Source: Patescibacteria group bacterium (GTDB lineage: Bacteria; Patescibacteriota; UBA1384; 2-12-FULL-50-11). From it: a stretch of 64,000 bases of DNA. The notes beneath the pieces are model-generated. The model was given only the letters and a program-made list of their open reading frames with translations. It was not told where the DNA came from and ran no database searches. Every line of letters starts with the position of its first letter. Position 1 is the stretch's first letter. Below, one piece after another: positions 27,445 to 37,114 of the stretch. The DNA lies in NCBI GenBank assembly GCA_016861245.1, contig BOKZ01000001.1:415746-479745 (forward strand), written 5' to 3'. The position numbers and the translations under genes were made by a program.

Positions 27445-27467
27445 CTAACCACTGCCTAACACGTTTT

Positions 27468-27489
27468 CCGGCCGCGAGGCCGGCTTTTT
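27468..27489 (+). terminator. Rho-independent terminator CCGGCC-GCGA-GGCCGG-CTTTTTA.
   Basis: 6-bp GC stem plus a T-run. It is oriented for the plus-strand ORF 27052-27444. Confidence 0.6.
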
Positions 27490-28849
27490 ATATTCCTCTA
27501 ATTTTACGGTAAAAATTTTCTTGACGGTGTCTTAATTGCCGTGCCGAGTAGACGCTATCTACCAATCCAAGCCCGATAAGGAAAAACTTCTTTTTAAGTG
27601 AGAGGTGATGCAGACGATTAACAAATAACGACGCCAAAACTAATCCGTTAGCGATGATCGCTAAGATGATTGCTAAATTTGCAAGCGGTATTTTTGCGTC
27701 GTTGGCTGTGGTCTGCGTAGCGACTAACGATCCGGCGGTTTTCTTCGGTAGCGGCTTTGGAATCTCTTCAACCGGAATTTCTAGAGCTGGGTCGGCTACT
27801 GGCTCAGGCGTGCTCTGCACCTGGTTGGCAGAATTATTGGCTGGTTTTGTTTGAGCCGTAGAAGACGGCTTATTGGTGGTTGATTGCGTTGAGCTGTTTG
27901 TAGTCGTGGTTGAACTTTGACCTTTATAACCAGCAATAAAACTAGTAGTAGCGCTCTCGCTTGATGTTATTCGCCAGTCAGTCTCCTTATTAATGTTAAA
28001 CCAGGTAAAACCTTTAACTCGTGGGAACGAGCTTTCGAGCGTTGCGAACATATCGCTAATCCACTGCGCTTTACTTCCCCCAATTTCGGTTGAGGCAATC
28101 TCCATTATCAAGACGTCTTTATTTGCTACCCCAACTAGCTCGTTGTATGAACTTTCAAATACTTCTCGAAACGTCTGCCAGACGCTCCAGCTTTGTGATG
28201 TTCCCCAGTTGTACCCATCCAACCCTAAGTAATCAACGTACTCTGATCCCGGAAAAATGTTAGCGTACGAGCCGTATAAAGCGCTTGCGTTCCAAGGTCG
28301 GACATTTGCCGACCAGATCCATCTAACGTTAGTAACGCCTGCGTCTCTAAATTTTGTAACAACGTGTCGCCAAAAAAGCTTGTGGTTGTCGGCGGTATTT
28401 CCTTGTTTGCCGATCCCCCAAGGCGTCCAGTCGGTATTCATCTCCGGAGCAAGGCTAATACGAATAGTGTGATTTAGGCTTTTTACTGCCAGAGCGGTTT
28501 GAGTGATGTATGAGTCGTAGCTGCCGCCTATAACATCATTATAAGCAACGCCAACTCCGTTGAGTTGCGGTTCCCAGGTTAGTTCTGGGATAAACCCCGC
28601 GGCGTGCATAGCGTTGGCAACGCTCGGATCAAACGCTGTTGCCCAATCCTGATACCACTTTGTGGAGGTAAATTGAACGCCAAGCGATTGTTGTAGCGAA
28701 GTTACAAGACCAGTGTTGTAGGCTGCTCCCGGATGAAAAATACTTACCTCAACCCGAGTTTTGGCTTGCGCAGAAAAAAGCGGAACCAGCACAGTTCCGA
28801 GAATGGATATTATTAAGGCAATAACGACATATACCCCTCCTCGACGCAT
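27488..28849 (-). CDS. GH26-like glycoside hydrolase (mannanase-type fold) with a Ser/Thr-rich linker and a C-terminal membrane anchor.
   Basis: Signal peptide. The acid/base motif is RISLAPEMNTDWTPWG (the GH26 HEMN-like block). The nucleophile region is VLIMEIASTEIGG. There are WIWSANVRPW and YVDYLGLDGYNWG blocks, an S/T-rich tract, and a hydrophobic tail. Confidence 0.45.
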   Translation of the reverse strand: MRRGGVYVVIALIISILGTVLVPLFSAQAKTRVEVSIFHPGAAYNTGLVTSLQQSLGVQFTSTKWYQDWATAFDPSVANAMHAAGFIPELTWEPQLNGVGVAYNDVIGGSYDSYITQTALAVKSLNHTIRISLAPEMNTDWTPWGIGKQGNTADNHKLFWRHVVTKFRDAGVTNVRWIWSANVRPWNASALYGSYANIFPGSEYVDYLGLDGYNWGTSQSWSVWQTFREVFESSYNELVGVANKDVLIMEIASTEIGGSKAQWISDMFATLESSFPRVKGFTWFNINKETDWRITSSESATTSFIAGYKGQSSTTTTNSSTQSTTNKPSSTAQTKPANNSANQVQSTPEPVADPALEIPVEEIPKPLPKKTAGSLVATQTTANDAKIPLANLAIILAIIANGLVLASLFVNRLHHLSLKKKFFLIGLGLVDSVYSARQLRHRQENFYRKIRGI

Positions 28850-28887
28850 GGCTTGATAGTAGCAATATCAAGCCACATGACAAGCTG

Positions 28888-29907
28888 TTACGCGTATCTA
28901 GGTAGTTTTTGCCAAGAAAGCTGTTTTTTGTGCCAAATAATTGCACGAAACAGCGAGAAAATGAACGATGCAACGTTAATTAAATGGAAAACTCCAAACA
29001 GCGGTGCGTATGGAATTGCCCAAAATCTTCGTTCGACCGCAAGTACCGTTATAGAGAGTAGCAACATAATCCCAAGCGCCGTTCCATATAGTTTTAAAAA
29101 GAATAACGGTTTGAATATTGCCAACATAACGGTGGCAAACCAGTAGAAAAAATCACCGGTTAGCAATAGTATTTCGAGATTGACTTTCTTATTTGGAAGA
29201 AATAATCGATGCGAAAAGAAGTTCTGCCAGTATCCAGTGTTCCAACGCATAATTTGTTTCCAGTAGTCGCCAAACGTAATTGGATCTTGAGTTATCACGT
29301 ACGACTTTCGGCTGTAAACCACCTTTCCGAGTTTCTGATGATGAATCTGGAGCGTCAAATCAAAATCTTCGGTCAACGTTCCGCCGTCAAAACTGAGTTG
29401 ATTAAGTACGTCGGCGCGGTATGTCGAAGTGCAGCCAGGTGCGATAGTAATAGTACCCATCGCATTTTGAGCGTTCTTAAAAAAGCGGTGTGAGAAACCG
29501 TACTCAAACGCACGGTAGGCGCTAATAAGTCTCCGGCGCTGGCTTGTGACCGTACCGACGATGCAAGCAGGTTCGGAATTAATTAATTTCTTTGTTTCGC
29601 GGAAGTATTCCTTATTTAGAGTAGTATCGGCGTCGAAAAACATCACGTATTGATACCGTTTGGTTAACTTAAATCTCGTTAGCAGTTTTTTAATAGCCTT
29701 GGCTTTACCGACGTTCTTTCGAAGCGATAAGACGTTTTTTCCAAGAATTTTCCGAGCAATTCTTGAAGTATTGTCAGTTGAGCCGTCGCTAACGACATAC
29801 ACGTGCTTTTTATTGATTGCCGAAAATAGTGATCGTAACGATTTTTCGATCACGACTTCTTCGTTGTACGCAGGAACAACTACGCAAAAGGTAGCTTTTC
29901 GAGCCAT
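28888..29907 (-). CDS. Family-2 glycosyltransferase with a C-terminal TM region.
   Basis: FCVVVPAYNEE...VSDGSTDNT (GT-A N-terminal motif), a DAD motif, and four C-terminal TM helices. Confidence 0.65.
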   Translation of the reverse strand: MARKATFCVVVPAYNEEVVIEKSLRSLFSAINKKHVYVVSDGSTDNTSRIARKILGKNVLSLRKNVGKAKAIKKLLTRFKLTKRYQYVMFFDADTTLNKEYFRETKKLINSEPACIVGTVTSQRRRLISAYRAFEYGFSHRFFKNAQNAMGTITIAPGCTSTYRADVLNQLSFDGGTLTEDFDLTLQIHHQKLGKVVYSRKSYVITQDPITFGDYWKQIMRWNTGYWQNFFSHRLFLPNKKVNLEILLLTGDFFYWFATVMLAIFKPLFFLKLYGTALGIMLLLSITVLAVERRFWAIPYAPLFGVFHLINVASFIFSLFRAIIWHKKQLSWQKLPRYA

Positions 29908-30178
29908 GGCAACGAGCTAGTCGCGATTAGCGACTAACTTTAGCAAATTTGAGAACAGCTTTCGCCAACACAAACACGCCAACAGCTAATAAAGCAGCTG
30001 CGTGGATGATTGTACTTGGACCGGCTTTTGGAAGTGTATACATGCTTCTCCTAATAAAAATGGGGGATCCGCCCCTTACTATTCAAAAAAGAATATACTA
30101 CTTTTCAGTAAAATAATCAATACTCGATAATAAATTTATATTAGCTAGGCGACAATTGCCGTATAAATTGTTAAAATT

Positions 30179-30784
30179 GTGTTCATGAATCAATTAGACC
30201 AACTACTAGATGAGGCTCGCGTTCGGCTTCACGAGTCGCCATTTGATATCGCTCACGACTTGGCGCATCACTTGGAGGTGTTGCGAAACGCGCTGCAACT
30301 CGCACATGACCTGGAAGATCCAAGCATCGATTTTGATGCTTTGCGTGTGGCGGTAATGTGGCACGACGTGCCGCACGAAGACGGAACTGAGAAAGCTTCC
30401 GAGGCTACGGCTAACCACCTAAAGGTGAAGATGCAACAAATGGGCTTCCATAAAGATTTTATTGATACTGTGTACGACGCCGTCTCGCTCCACTCATTCG
30501 ACCAAGAGCCGACAACAATTGAAGGAAAAATCTTGTACGACGCCGATAAGCTGGAGCTGCTAAATGCCGCACGCATTATTCGGTACGGCAAGGCAGTTGA
30601 ATCCGGGCAGATCAGCGCCGAAAAAGCTAAAAAAGATATCGAATGGTTGGCTCAAGCCTACAAGACGCTACGTAGTAAACTCCATTTTGAGGCGAGCAAA
30701 GCCAGATACGATAAGCTAATGACTAAGCTTCGTGAGAGTAGCGCTGCTAAAGCTGTCTTTCAAAAATACGGTCAAACTATCTAA
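30179..30784 (+). CDS. HD-domain phosphohydrolase (hypothetical).
   Basis: H..HD motifs (HDLAHHLEV; MWHDVPHED; DADKLE). Confidence 0.5.
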   Translation: MFMNQLDQLLDEARVRLHESPFDIAHDLAHHLEVLRNALQLAHDLEDPSIDFDALRVAVMWHDVPHEDGTEKASEATANHLKVKMQQMGFHKDFIDTVYDAVSLHSFDQEPTTIEGKILYDADKLELLNAARIIRYGKAVESGQISAEKAKKDIEWLAQAYKTLRSKLHFEASKARYDKLMTKLRESSAAKAVFQKYGQTI

Positions 30785-30828
30785 TTTTGCTTCAAATTAA
30801 GGTAAAATCACGACAGCTGCCCCTGTAG

Positions 30829-30905
30829 CTCAGCGGATTAGAGCAAGACGGTTCTAACGTCAAGGTCGTAGGTTCGATTCCTACCGGGGGCACCAAATGC
30901 GGCAT
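30829..30905 (+). tRNA. tRNA-Arg (anticodon TCT), CCA encoded.
   Basis: GCCCCTG-TA-GCTCAGCGGATTAGAGC...GTTCTAA (anticodon loop)...GTAGGTTCGATTCCTAC-CGGGGGC-A-CCA. Confidence 0.75.
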
Positions 30906-31076
30906 TATTATTTTGTAATGCCATGATAGCCGAGAAAAACGGGCTTTTTGGGGTGTCGCGAATCGCAACACAAAATTATAATTTCGCTAAATTTTGCGTT
31001 GCCAGGTTTGAAAGTGTTCGAATACTGTCAGGGTCAAAATACCCCACTCAATCCTTGACTTTTCAGGTTCGATAAA

Positions 31077-31107
31077 CAGCAAATTGCCGATTTACGGCAA
31101 TTTGCTG
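31077..31107. repeat. Perfect 13-bp inverted repeat (CAGCAAATTGCCG-ATTTA-CGGCAATTTGCTG) inside a 400-bp non-coding region.
   Basis: 13/13 complementary arms with a 5-nt loop. There is no U-run after it, so it is not a classic terminator. Confidence 0.6.
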
Positions 31108-31307
31108 TAATTTACTCGTTATTCCTCAGGTTCAGATGCTCGAACAATGTTGGGGCTCGGGTAGTAAACCCTTACGTTTTTCCCAAGGTCGAACAGCATG
31201 AGCTAATCACTAGCTCACACCCTCCACAAATAGCTTGTCCGAGTTGCGTTTGCACGGCCCAATTCCCAATTATTGATAAATGCTCACACTCTCCCTAGTA
31301 TTAAGTA

Positions 31308-31706
31308 ATGCGAGACGTATTCCATAGATTATCAACATTCGTATCAAATGCCGTCGGTTCACCGTATTCGTTCGTCCTGGCAATAATAGTGATCCTTGCT
31401 TGGGCAATCAGTGGACCAATTTTCAAGTTTTCCGACACTTGGCAGCTGGTCATCAATACCGGCACAACGATTATTACGTTTCTTATGGTGTTTTTGATCC
31501 AGAACACCCAAAATCGCGACTCAAAAGCCGTTCACCTTAAGCTTGACGAACTGCTCCGAGCCACAAGAAGCGCCCGCAATCAGATTATCAACGTTGAAGA
31601 TATGTCTGATGAGGAGCTGGAATCACTTCATACTGAATTTAGCGAGTTCCATCAAAAAACTGCATCAGCGTTAGAGCGACGAAAAATCAAACAAAAGCAA
31701 ACTTAG
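31308..31706 (+). CDS. Low-affinity iron permease family protein (PF04120-like small membrane protein).
   Basis: Two TMs with the conserved DTWQLVINTGTTIITFLMVFLIQNTQNRD block, followed by a charged coiled-coil tail. Confidence 0.55.
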   Translation: MRDVFHRLSTFVSNAVGSPYSFVLAIIVILAWAISGPIFKFSDTWQLVINTGTTIITFLMVFLIQNTQNRDSKAVHLKLDELLRATRSARNQIINVEDMSDEELESLHTEFSEFHQKTASALERRKIKQKQT

Positions 31707-32671
31707 TCCAAAATCGGCACATCGACTTCCTGTAATCTTCGCCATGTTTCCGCAATAACAAAGAGAATATAAATAAGCAGTAGCACTAAACCTTCTTTGC
31801 GTGACAAGTGAGTCTTACTTTTGGCAAATAGCCAGAATAGCAGTAAGCCGATTAGGAAAAAGATAAAAACAATCCAAATCTTTTCCCTAATTATTGGGAC
31901 GCGGCCAGTTAAGATGACAAAGAAGCCAAACAGCAGTGTATTAACAGCCGCCGAACCGACGTAGTTACCAAAAGCAATTGCTTTTTCATTTCGGAGGACT
32001 GACCTGACACCGATAATAAGTTCCGGTACGTTAGTCCCGATTCCCAAAACGAGTAAACTTATCATGAACGTCGAAATGCCGAACAAATCAGAGAGGGTGA
32101 CGGTCTGACCAACCAAAAGGTCGCTAGCGAAATACATCAGGACCGCTCCGATAAGAATTTTTAGCCCATCGCCCCACCCGGCGTGATCGCCGTTAAGCAG
32201 CCGGTCGGCGATACTAGCGAGCGCGCCTTTGCGCCGACGTAGTACGTAAAACAGCACGCCGTATAGCAAAATCATAAAGACAGCCTCGACCCGGTTATAA
32301 GCACCGTCGATGCCGAATAAGACGGTCGCGAAAATTACCAGCAGGATCAGCGGTAGGTTCCGGCCAGCCAGATCTTTGTTGAGTTCAACTCCCTTGCCGA
32401 TCACGACTAAGAGCGGAATAACAAGCAAAAACAGTACCACCGATGCGCCGATCAGATTACCAATGAAGATATCGGGCTTACCTTCCCTAATAGCATTCAG
32501 GCCAACGCTGAACTCTGGAATAGAAGTTAAGAGTCCGAGAATAAAAAAGGAAACCGAGAAAGAGGACAGCTTAAAGCGATGAGAGAAAGCGCTGACGCCG
32601 TGAACAATTAACCCGGCGGCAATCCAGACCCCGAGGGCAGCGGTTATGAACAGTAAAGCCGCTTCCAGCAT
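31703..32671 (-). CDS. Ca2+/cation antiporter (CaCA / YrbG-like).
   Basis: About 10 TM helices with two alpha-repeat signatures, GNLIGASVVLFLLVIPLL and GNYVGSAAVNTLLFGF. Confidence 0.65.
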   Translation of the reverse strand: MLEAALLFITAALGVWIAAGLIVHGVSAFSHRFKLSSFSVSFFILGLLTSIPEFSVGLNAIREGKPDIFIGNLIGASVVLFLLVIPLLVVIGKGVELNKDLAGRNLPLILLVIFATVLFGIDGAYNRVEAVFMILLYGVLFYVLRRRKGALASIADRLLNGDHAGWGDGLKILIGAVLMYFASDLLVGQTVTLSDLFGISTFMISLLVLGIGTNVPELIIGVRSVLRNEKAIAFGNYVGSAAVNTLLFGFFVILTGRVPIIREKIWIVFIFFLIGLLLFWLFAKSKTHLSRKEGLVLLLIYILFVIAETWRRLQEVDVPILD

Positions 32672-32777
32672 TATTTATAACTTACCAGGTTTGAACGGGA
32701 AAATCTTTCAAGCCACCTCTCCGTAATAGAATGGAGATCATGATCATATTCCTCTATCTACATCCTCACCGGTAAAC

Positions 32778-33464
32778 TTATCCACAGCGAACTCTTGGCG
32801 CATTTGATCCAGCCAACTCAAAAGGTGTTCGAAGTGAAGTGTGTCGAGGGCGCGAGTGAAAAGAATGACACTGGTAGGAAGTGAGCGAATGTGAACATCC
32901 CTCCCAGGGCGCAAATAAAGAAAATCCCCCTTGCGGGGGTTTGAAGTTGGGAACGGCTTCGTCGAGTCGCCATTTCTTTTCAGGGCTGAGCTTAAAGAAA
33001 AGTATCCAGTTGATCGTGCTGCGATCGGGCAGCGGGATGGTGAGTTGAATCACCTTCTCTGCTTTCTGTGACTTCATGTATTCGAGGACGCGAGTGCTCA
33101 GATCCTCTTTGCCTCGGTAGTAGCGCTCCAAGAAGGCACGAAATTCACTGGATCCGCTCGTAGTCGAAACTCCATTCTGACTGATCGTCGAGAACGAGAA
33201 CTGCCTGCGAGCAGCAGGGTAACCTTCTCCAGAAGACATCTTGAAAACCTTCAGACCGAGTGCGAAATCCTCGATCATCGGGCTCGAGCCATCGAATAAG
33301 ACCGGCTCGATTCCTTCCTTGCCGTTACTCGCCATGTGATCAACCAGAAGCTCAGTTGCCTCGGCGATCGGTTTACTGTCGAACTGCGCTTGAAGCCCGG
33401 GCTCCTGGAAAGAACCTGGATTCAAACAGATACCCATGATGATAAGTACGAGTTTCATGTCCAC
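32778..33464 (-). pseudogene. Secreted hypothetical protein, probably disrupted at its 3' end (the C-terminal 50 aa look like a non-coding translation). It lies in a GC-rich patch.
   Basis: A plausible signal peptide (MKLVLIIMGICL) and body. The ORF then reads through a terminator-like hairpin (CCCCC-GCAA-GGGGG plus a U-run, minus strand, about 32925-32950) into low-quality sequence. GC is about 55%. Confidence 0.35.
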
Positions 33465-33579
33465 TCCTTCGGACCTGTATCCGATGTGAAGAAATTATAC
33501 GCTTCTTTGGCAACGTATCAATATCTTGAGCCGGTAACTATCCCTTGACAACAAGTAGATAATCAGTTACTCTGTAAGC

Positions 33580-34404
33580 ATGAAGTACACAATCAAGAAC
33601 TTTCGTAACGATTTCCCAAATGATGACGTTTGCCTGGAGTATATTTTCAAGCAAAAATACCCTGACTTAGTGAGTAAATTTTATCGTGTAAAAGGCAGAA
33701 AGTGTTTTGCCAATACTGTCGGTGACCAAATTCACCCACTCAAGAAAACTATCTTTGAAAAGTCCAGTACGCCCCTGACTGATTGGCTGTATGCAATCTA
33801 TCTGTTTTCGGCTTCTAAGAACGGGGTTTCCGCTAAGGAGCTAGAACGTCAGCTAGGGGTTACTTATAAGTGTGCCTGGCGTATCTGCAATCAAATCCGC
33901 AAGCTAATGACCGAAGATAATGAAAAGTTAAGCGGCGAAGTCGAAGTAGACGAAACCTATGTGGGCGGTAAGTCTGTGAATAGTCGAAATAAGAAACGTA
34001 CTATCGGCGATAAAGCGGTGGTTTTCGGTGCAGTTGAGCGAGAGGGCCGAGTAAAAGCCAAACACGTAATCAGTTCAGGTGCGAGAGTACTTCTGCCGGA
34101 GATTGCCCGAACCGTTGAGAAAGCTACGAAGATTTACTCGGACGAGTGGGGTTCATACAAGAGACTAGCCGTGCTCGGCTATTCGCACGGATCGGTTAAT
34201 CACCGAGAAAACGAGTACTCCAAAGACGGTATTCACACCAATACGATTGAGGGCTTCTGGAGCCAATTAAAACGATCAATTAACGGAACTTACCACGTGG
34301 TTAGTCCGAAGTATCTCCAGCTTTACGTTGATGAGTTTGCTTTTCGCTATAATCACCGACAACTTGCTCGTCCGCTTTTTGCGGAGCTGGTTGCTCGGGT
34401 TTAG
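33580..34404 (+). mobile_element. IS1595-family (ISXO2-like DDE) transposase, likely a decaying copy.
   Basis: The conserved block TPLTDWLYAIYLFSASKNGVSAKELERQLGVTYKCAW...LSGEVEVDETYVGG...HTNTIEGFWSQLKR matches the IS1595 DDE_Tnp pattern. The N-terminal zinc-ribbon cysteines are mostly missing. No clear terminal inverted repeats were found. Confidence 0.7.
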
Positions 34405-34557
34405 TCGCCTTGCTCAGTAGCTGATAAAATTTTTCTTTTTCGGGGAGTTCTTTGTTCATTCGTTTTGTCTTTTAACTCTCGAGGAATAAATCCCTCTAGT
34501 CGAAAAGTAAAATAACGGAGGGCTTCTTTCGTAGATCCTTCGGTTGATAGAGCAATT

Positions 34558-35469
34558 CTATTTTCCATTTTTCTTATTATTACGCTTATTATTTGACTTG
34601 GCTACTTTGGTTTTCACAGATTTTGGGTAGTAAGTCTTGATTATATGTGTAGTTTTTTCCTCATTGATATTATCTCTCACCCATTGCTTGAAAGGCTTAA
34701 GATAAGCGAGCTTAGTAGTGTCCTCAGATACGGATAGATTTAGTTCTTTTGCCTCCCTTTTGTCTATAACGTGACCGTGTGGTGTACGTGTATTAACTAG
34801 CTCGTAGGCGATATTAAACAACTCTAATCGACGCTTAGGATCATTTTCCTTGTTTAGTGCTTGGTTCATTAGTTTGTAGGCTACTAACATCGTGTCGGTC
34901 ACTAATTTATTAAACTGTTTAGCTACAATCGGATCGAATTCTCGGCTCATTTGCTGGTAGGGACTGGGTATTTCCATAGGAGAAAGGTTTCCCCAGTTTT
35001 CGTAAAAATCCTGAATAGCCTGTTCATACGATACTGCCGAAATACGTACGTCTTTATAGGGAACTTGGGGATCAATCGGAGTGAGATTTGCCACTTCGTC
35101 TAGGATAATTTCATTTGCCGCTATGCAGAGAATCGTTCCACCACTCGATGCTTCGTAAGGAACGTAAGCCTCTATATTTTCAAAAACGCACTGTAGGTAT
35201 TTTGCGATTTTGGTTGCCGCATAAGCTTGGCCTCCTGGTGTATGGATAACAAGCTTTAACTCTTTGGGAAGATTGGTCTTGAACTTAATCTCTTCGATTT
35301 CTTTTTCAATCGCGTAGAGGTCTTCAATTGTTATTGAGGTGTAATCAAACGACACTGGCGATTTCCTGACCACCTTTTCCGACGCAATAAAACTCATTAA
35401 TACAGCTCCAGAATCATCAGCAATACTTTGCAGTGTGGTAGATAGAGTTTGCTCCTGGATTTCTTCCAT
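34558..35469 (-). CDS. ClpP-class serine protease of the S49/serine-dehydrogenase-proteinase type.
   Basis: LKLVIHTPGGQAYAATKIAKYLQ and YEASSGGTILCIAANEII match the crotonase-fold S49/SDH protease active-site region. Confidence 0.5.
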   Translation of the reverse strand: MEEIQEQTLSTTLQSIADDSGAVLMSFIASEKVVRKSPVSFDYTSITIEDLYAIEKEIEEIKFKTNLPKELKLVIHTPGGQAYAATKIAKYLQCVFENIEAYVPYEASSGGTILCIAANEIILDEVANLTPIDPQVPYKDVRISAVSYEQAIQDFYENWGNLSPMEIPSPYQQMSREFDPIVAKQFNKLVTDTMLVAYKLMNQALNKENDPKRRLELFNIAYELVNTRTPHGHVIDKREAKELNLSVSEDTTKLAYLKPFKQWVRDNINEEKTTHIIKTYYPKSVKTKVAKSNNKRNNKKNGK

Positions 35470-35536
35470 TGACCTGATACTAACCAGAAGAATATCTGTT
35501 TAGCAAGTATTGCTTATGTTGGAGCCAGATTCCTTT

Positions 35537-35860
35537 TTATTTTTGACGCTGGGCTGGTTTCTCGTATGCCTCAAGAATTTGTATGATTTTTCCCTTGGTT
35601 TCATCTGAAACAATGTAGCCAGATTCGTCATAGACAATGGGTATACCGAACTGCTGGCCAATAACCTTCCAGATCTTGTCGTGTTCGTAATAATTCTCAA
35701 GTGATTCAAAAAAAGCTTTCATTCCTTCTTTGGTGCCAAGGTGCCCAGTCAGTGCGTCGCGATAGGCTTTAGCAAGAGCCATGTTATGATTCACTGCCTG
35801 TTGAGTTTTAATCAGTAGGTAGATAAGAACGACAATAATAACTAACCATAACCATGTCAT
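35537..35860 (-). CDS. Small membrane-anchored hypothetical protein.
   Basis: 107 aa. N-terminal TM (MTWLWLVIIVVLIYLLI). Confidence 0.3.
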   Translation of the reverse strand: MTWLWLVIIVVLIYLLIKTQQAVNHNMALAKAYRDALTGHLGTKEGMKAFFESLENYYEHDKIWKVIGQQFGIPIVYDESGYIVSDETKGKIIQILEAYEKPAQRQK

Positions 35861-35983
35861 TTGACCCTACTATACACCCTATTTGGTTATACTTGTCAAG
35901 AGGGTATAGTTACCCTTGAGCCCTGTTGACAGGTACTACGTTTCCAGTAATTCTAGAAATAACTAACAAAACTATGGAGGGGA

Positions 35984-37051
35984 ATGGAACGCAATATGAA
36001 AATTAGAAAGTGGATAATTTATAGTGGGGTATTTTTCCTCGCGTTATCGACCGTAATCACTATCGTTAGTACGAGTAGTAGATTCAACGCCCAAGTTGCG
36101 AAAGAACTTTGTTTTGCTGAGACTGACGTTAACGGCGACGGCGTTATTGATGAAGGCGACTGTGAGGGCGGCGGAACTGGCGGTGGTACAACGTATACTG
36201 AATGTCCAACCCCCACTCCCGCTGGTACAGGTAGCGAAATAACGGGATTATTGGTTGGTCGCGCAAAAGCTATTACCAACGAGACTGCAATATTGCCCGA
36301 AGAGTGTGTATGCGAAATGGGGCCAGAACCAATGCCTGTGCCACAATCGGTTGAAGACTCTAAAACGGCAGCAAACAATCAAATAAATCCGTTACCGGGC
36401 GAAGTTGATCAAGTAAAATCGAAAACAAAGCTAGATGTAGAATTTGGTTCAGTTAAAGATATGTACACCGGATATTGGACTAAAGTCTACGATACCAAAG
36501 CTCAGGCTGAGCGTGAAATCAGGGCTGGCTATAATTCTATTTTCAACTCTTACTTCAAGCCAAACTACTATGAAAATATTGGCAATAAGGTCAATTCTCG
36601 GGCAGAAGCGGCGTTTGGCAGCGCGAAAGGATACTTTGGCTATCGATACTCTACCGATCCCGAGAAGTGGGGTCCTACCGCGACGTATAACACCTCACTA
36701 TTAAGGAGCGGTGACGCATCGGTCTCTATGTCAACGACATTGGGTGGTTACTCATATGAAGGTCAGCCTCTGGGAACTGGTTATGTAAAAACTAGCGTAA
36801 GAGGTAAGTGGGATATATCTGGAGACAGGCTATATGCTGTAGCAGGCTACGACTGCTTAGTTGGTGATGCCAGCGGAAATGTTGATTTTAGAGGTGAGTT
36901 TACCGGATTAAGGACGTATTACGATGTCCCCTATAACTTTAAAGACCCGACCAACCCTAAGCGAGCGTTGCGTGGTAAAGTATCGTTCTACATTGAGATT
37001 CTCGACAAGAAAGGCAATTGGTCAGGTACGCTCGGTTGGAGAATTAAGTAG
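35984..37051 (+). CDS. Secreted hypothetical protein with a Cys-containing N-terminal region.
   Basis: 355 aa. Signal/TM, a Gly/Thr linker, and a Tyr/Gly-rich beta-type body. Confidence 0.35.
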   Translation: MERNMKIRKWIIYSGVFFLALSTVITIVSTSSRFNAQVAKELCFAETDVNGDGVIDEGDCEGGGTGGGTTYTECPTPTPAGTGSEITGLLVGRAKAITNETAILPEECVCEMGPEPMPVPQSVEDSKTAANNQINPLPGEVDQVKSKTKLDVEFGSVKDMYTGYWTKVYDTKAQAEREIRAGYNSIFNSYFKPNYYENIGNKVNSRAEAAFGSAKGYFGYRYSTDPEKWGPTATYNTSLLRSGDASVSMSTTLGGYSYEGQPLGTGYVKTSVRGKWDISGDRLYAVAGYDCLVGDASGNVDFRGEFTGLRTYYDVPYNFKDPTNPKRALRGKVSFYIEILDKKGNWSGTLGWRIK

Positions 37052-37114
37052 CTAATTCACATTGATTTCTAGCCGTATTTGTGCTTAACTATGCTCATCC
37101 TGACTTGATACAGG

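Noticed and set aside
30911-30932. Hairpin GGCATTA-N8-TAATGCC immediately after tRNA-Arg, considered as a terminator.
   Set aside because: The stem is AT-rich with only 7 bp and there is no downstream U-run. At best it is a weak processing or termination signal.
33480-34560. Attempt to define IS1595 terminal inverted repeats and target-site duplication.
   Set aside because: No convincing inverted repeats could be found by eye in the 100 bp flanking the transposase ORF. Element boundaries are therefore left undefined.
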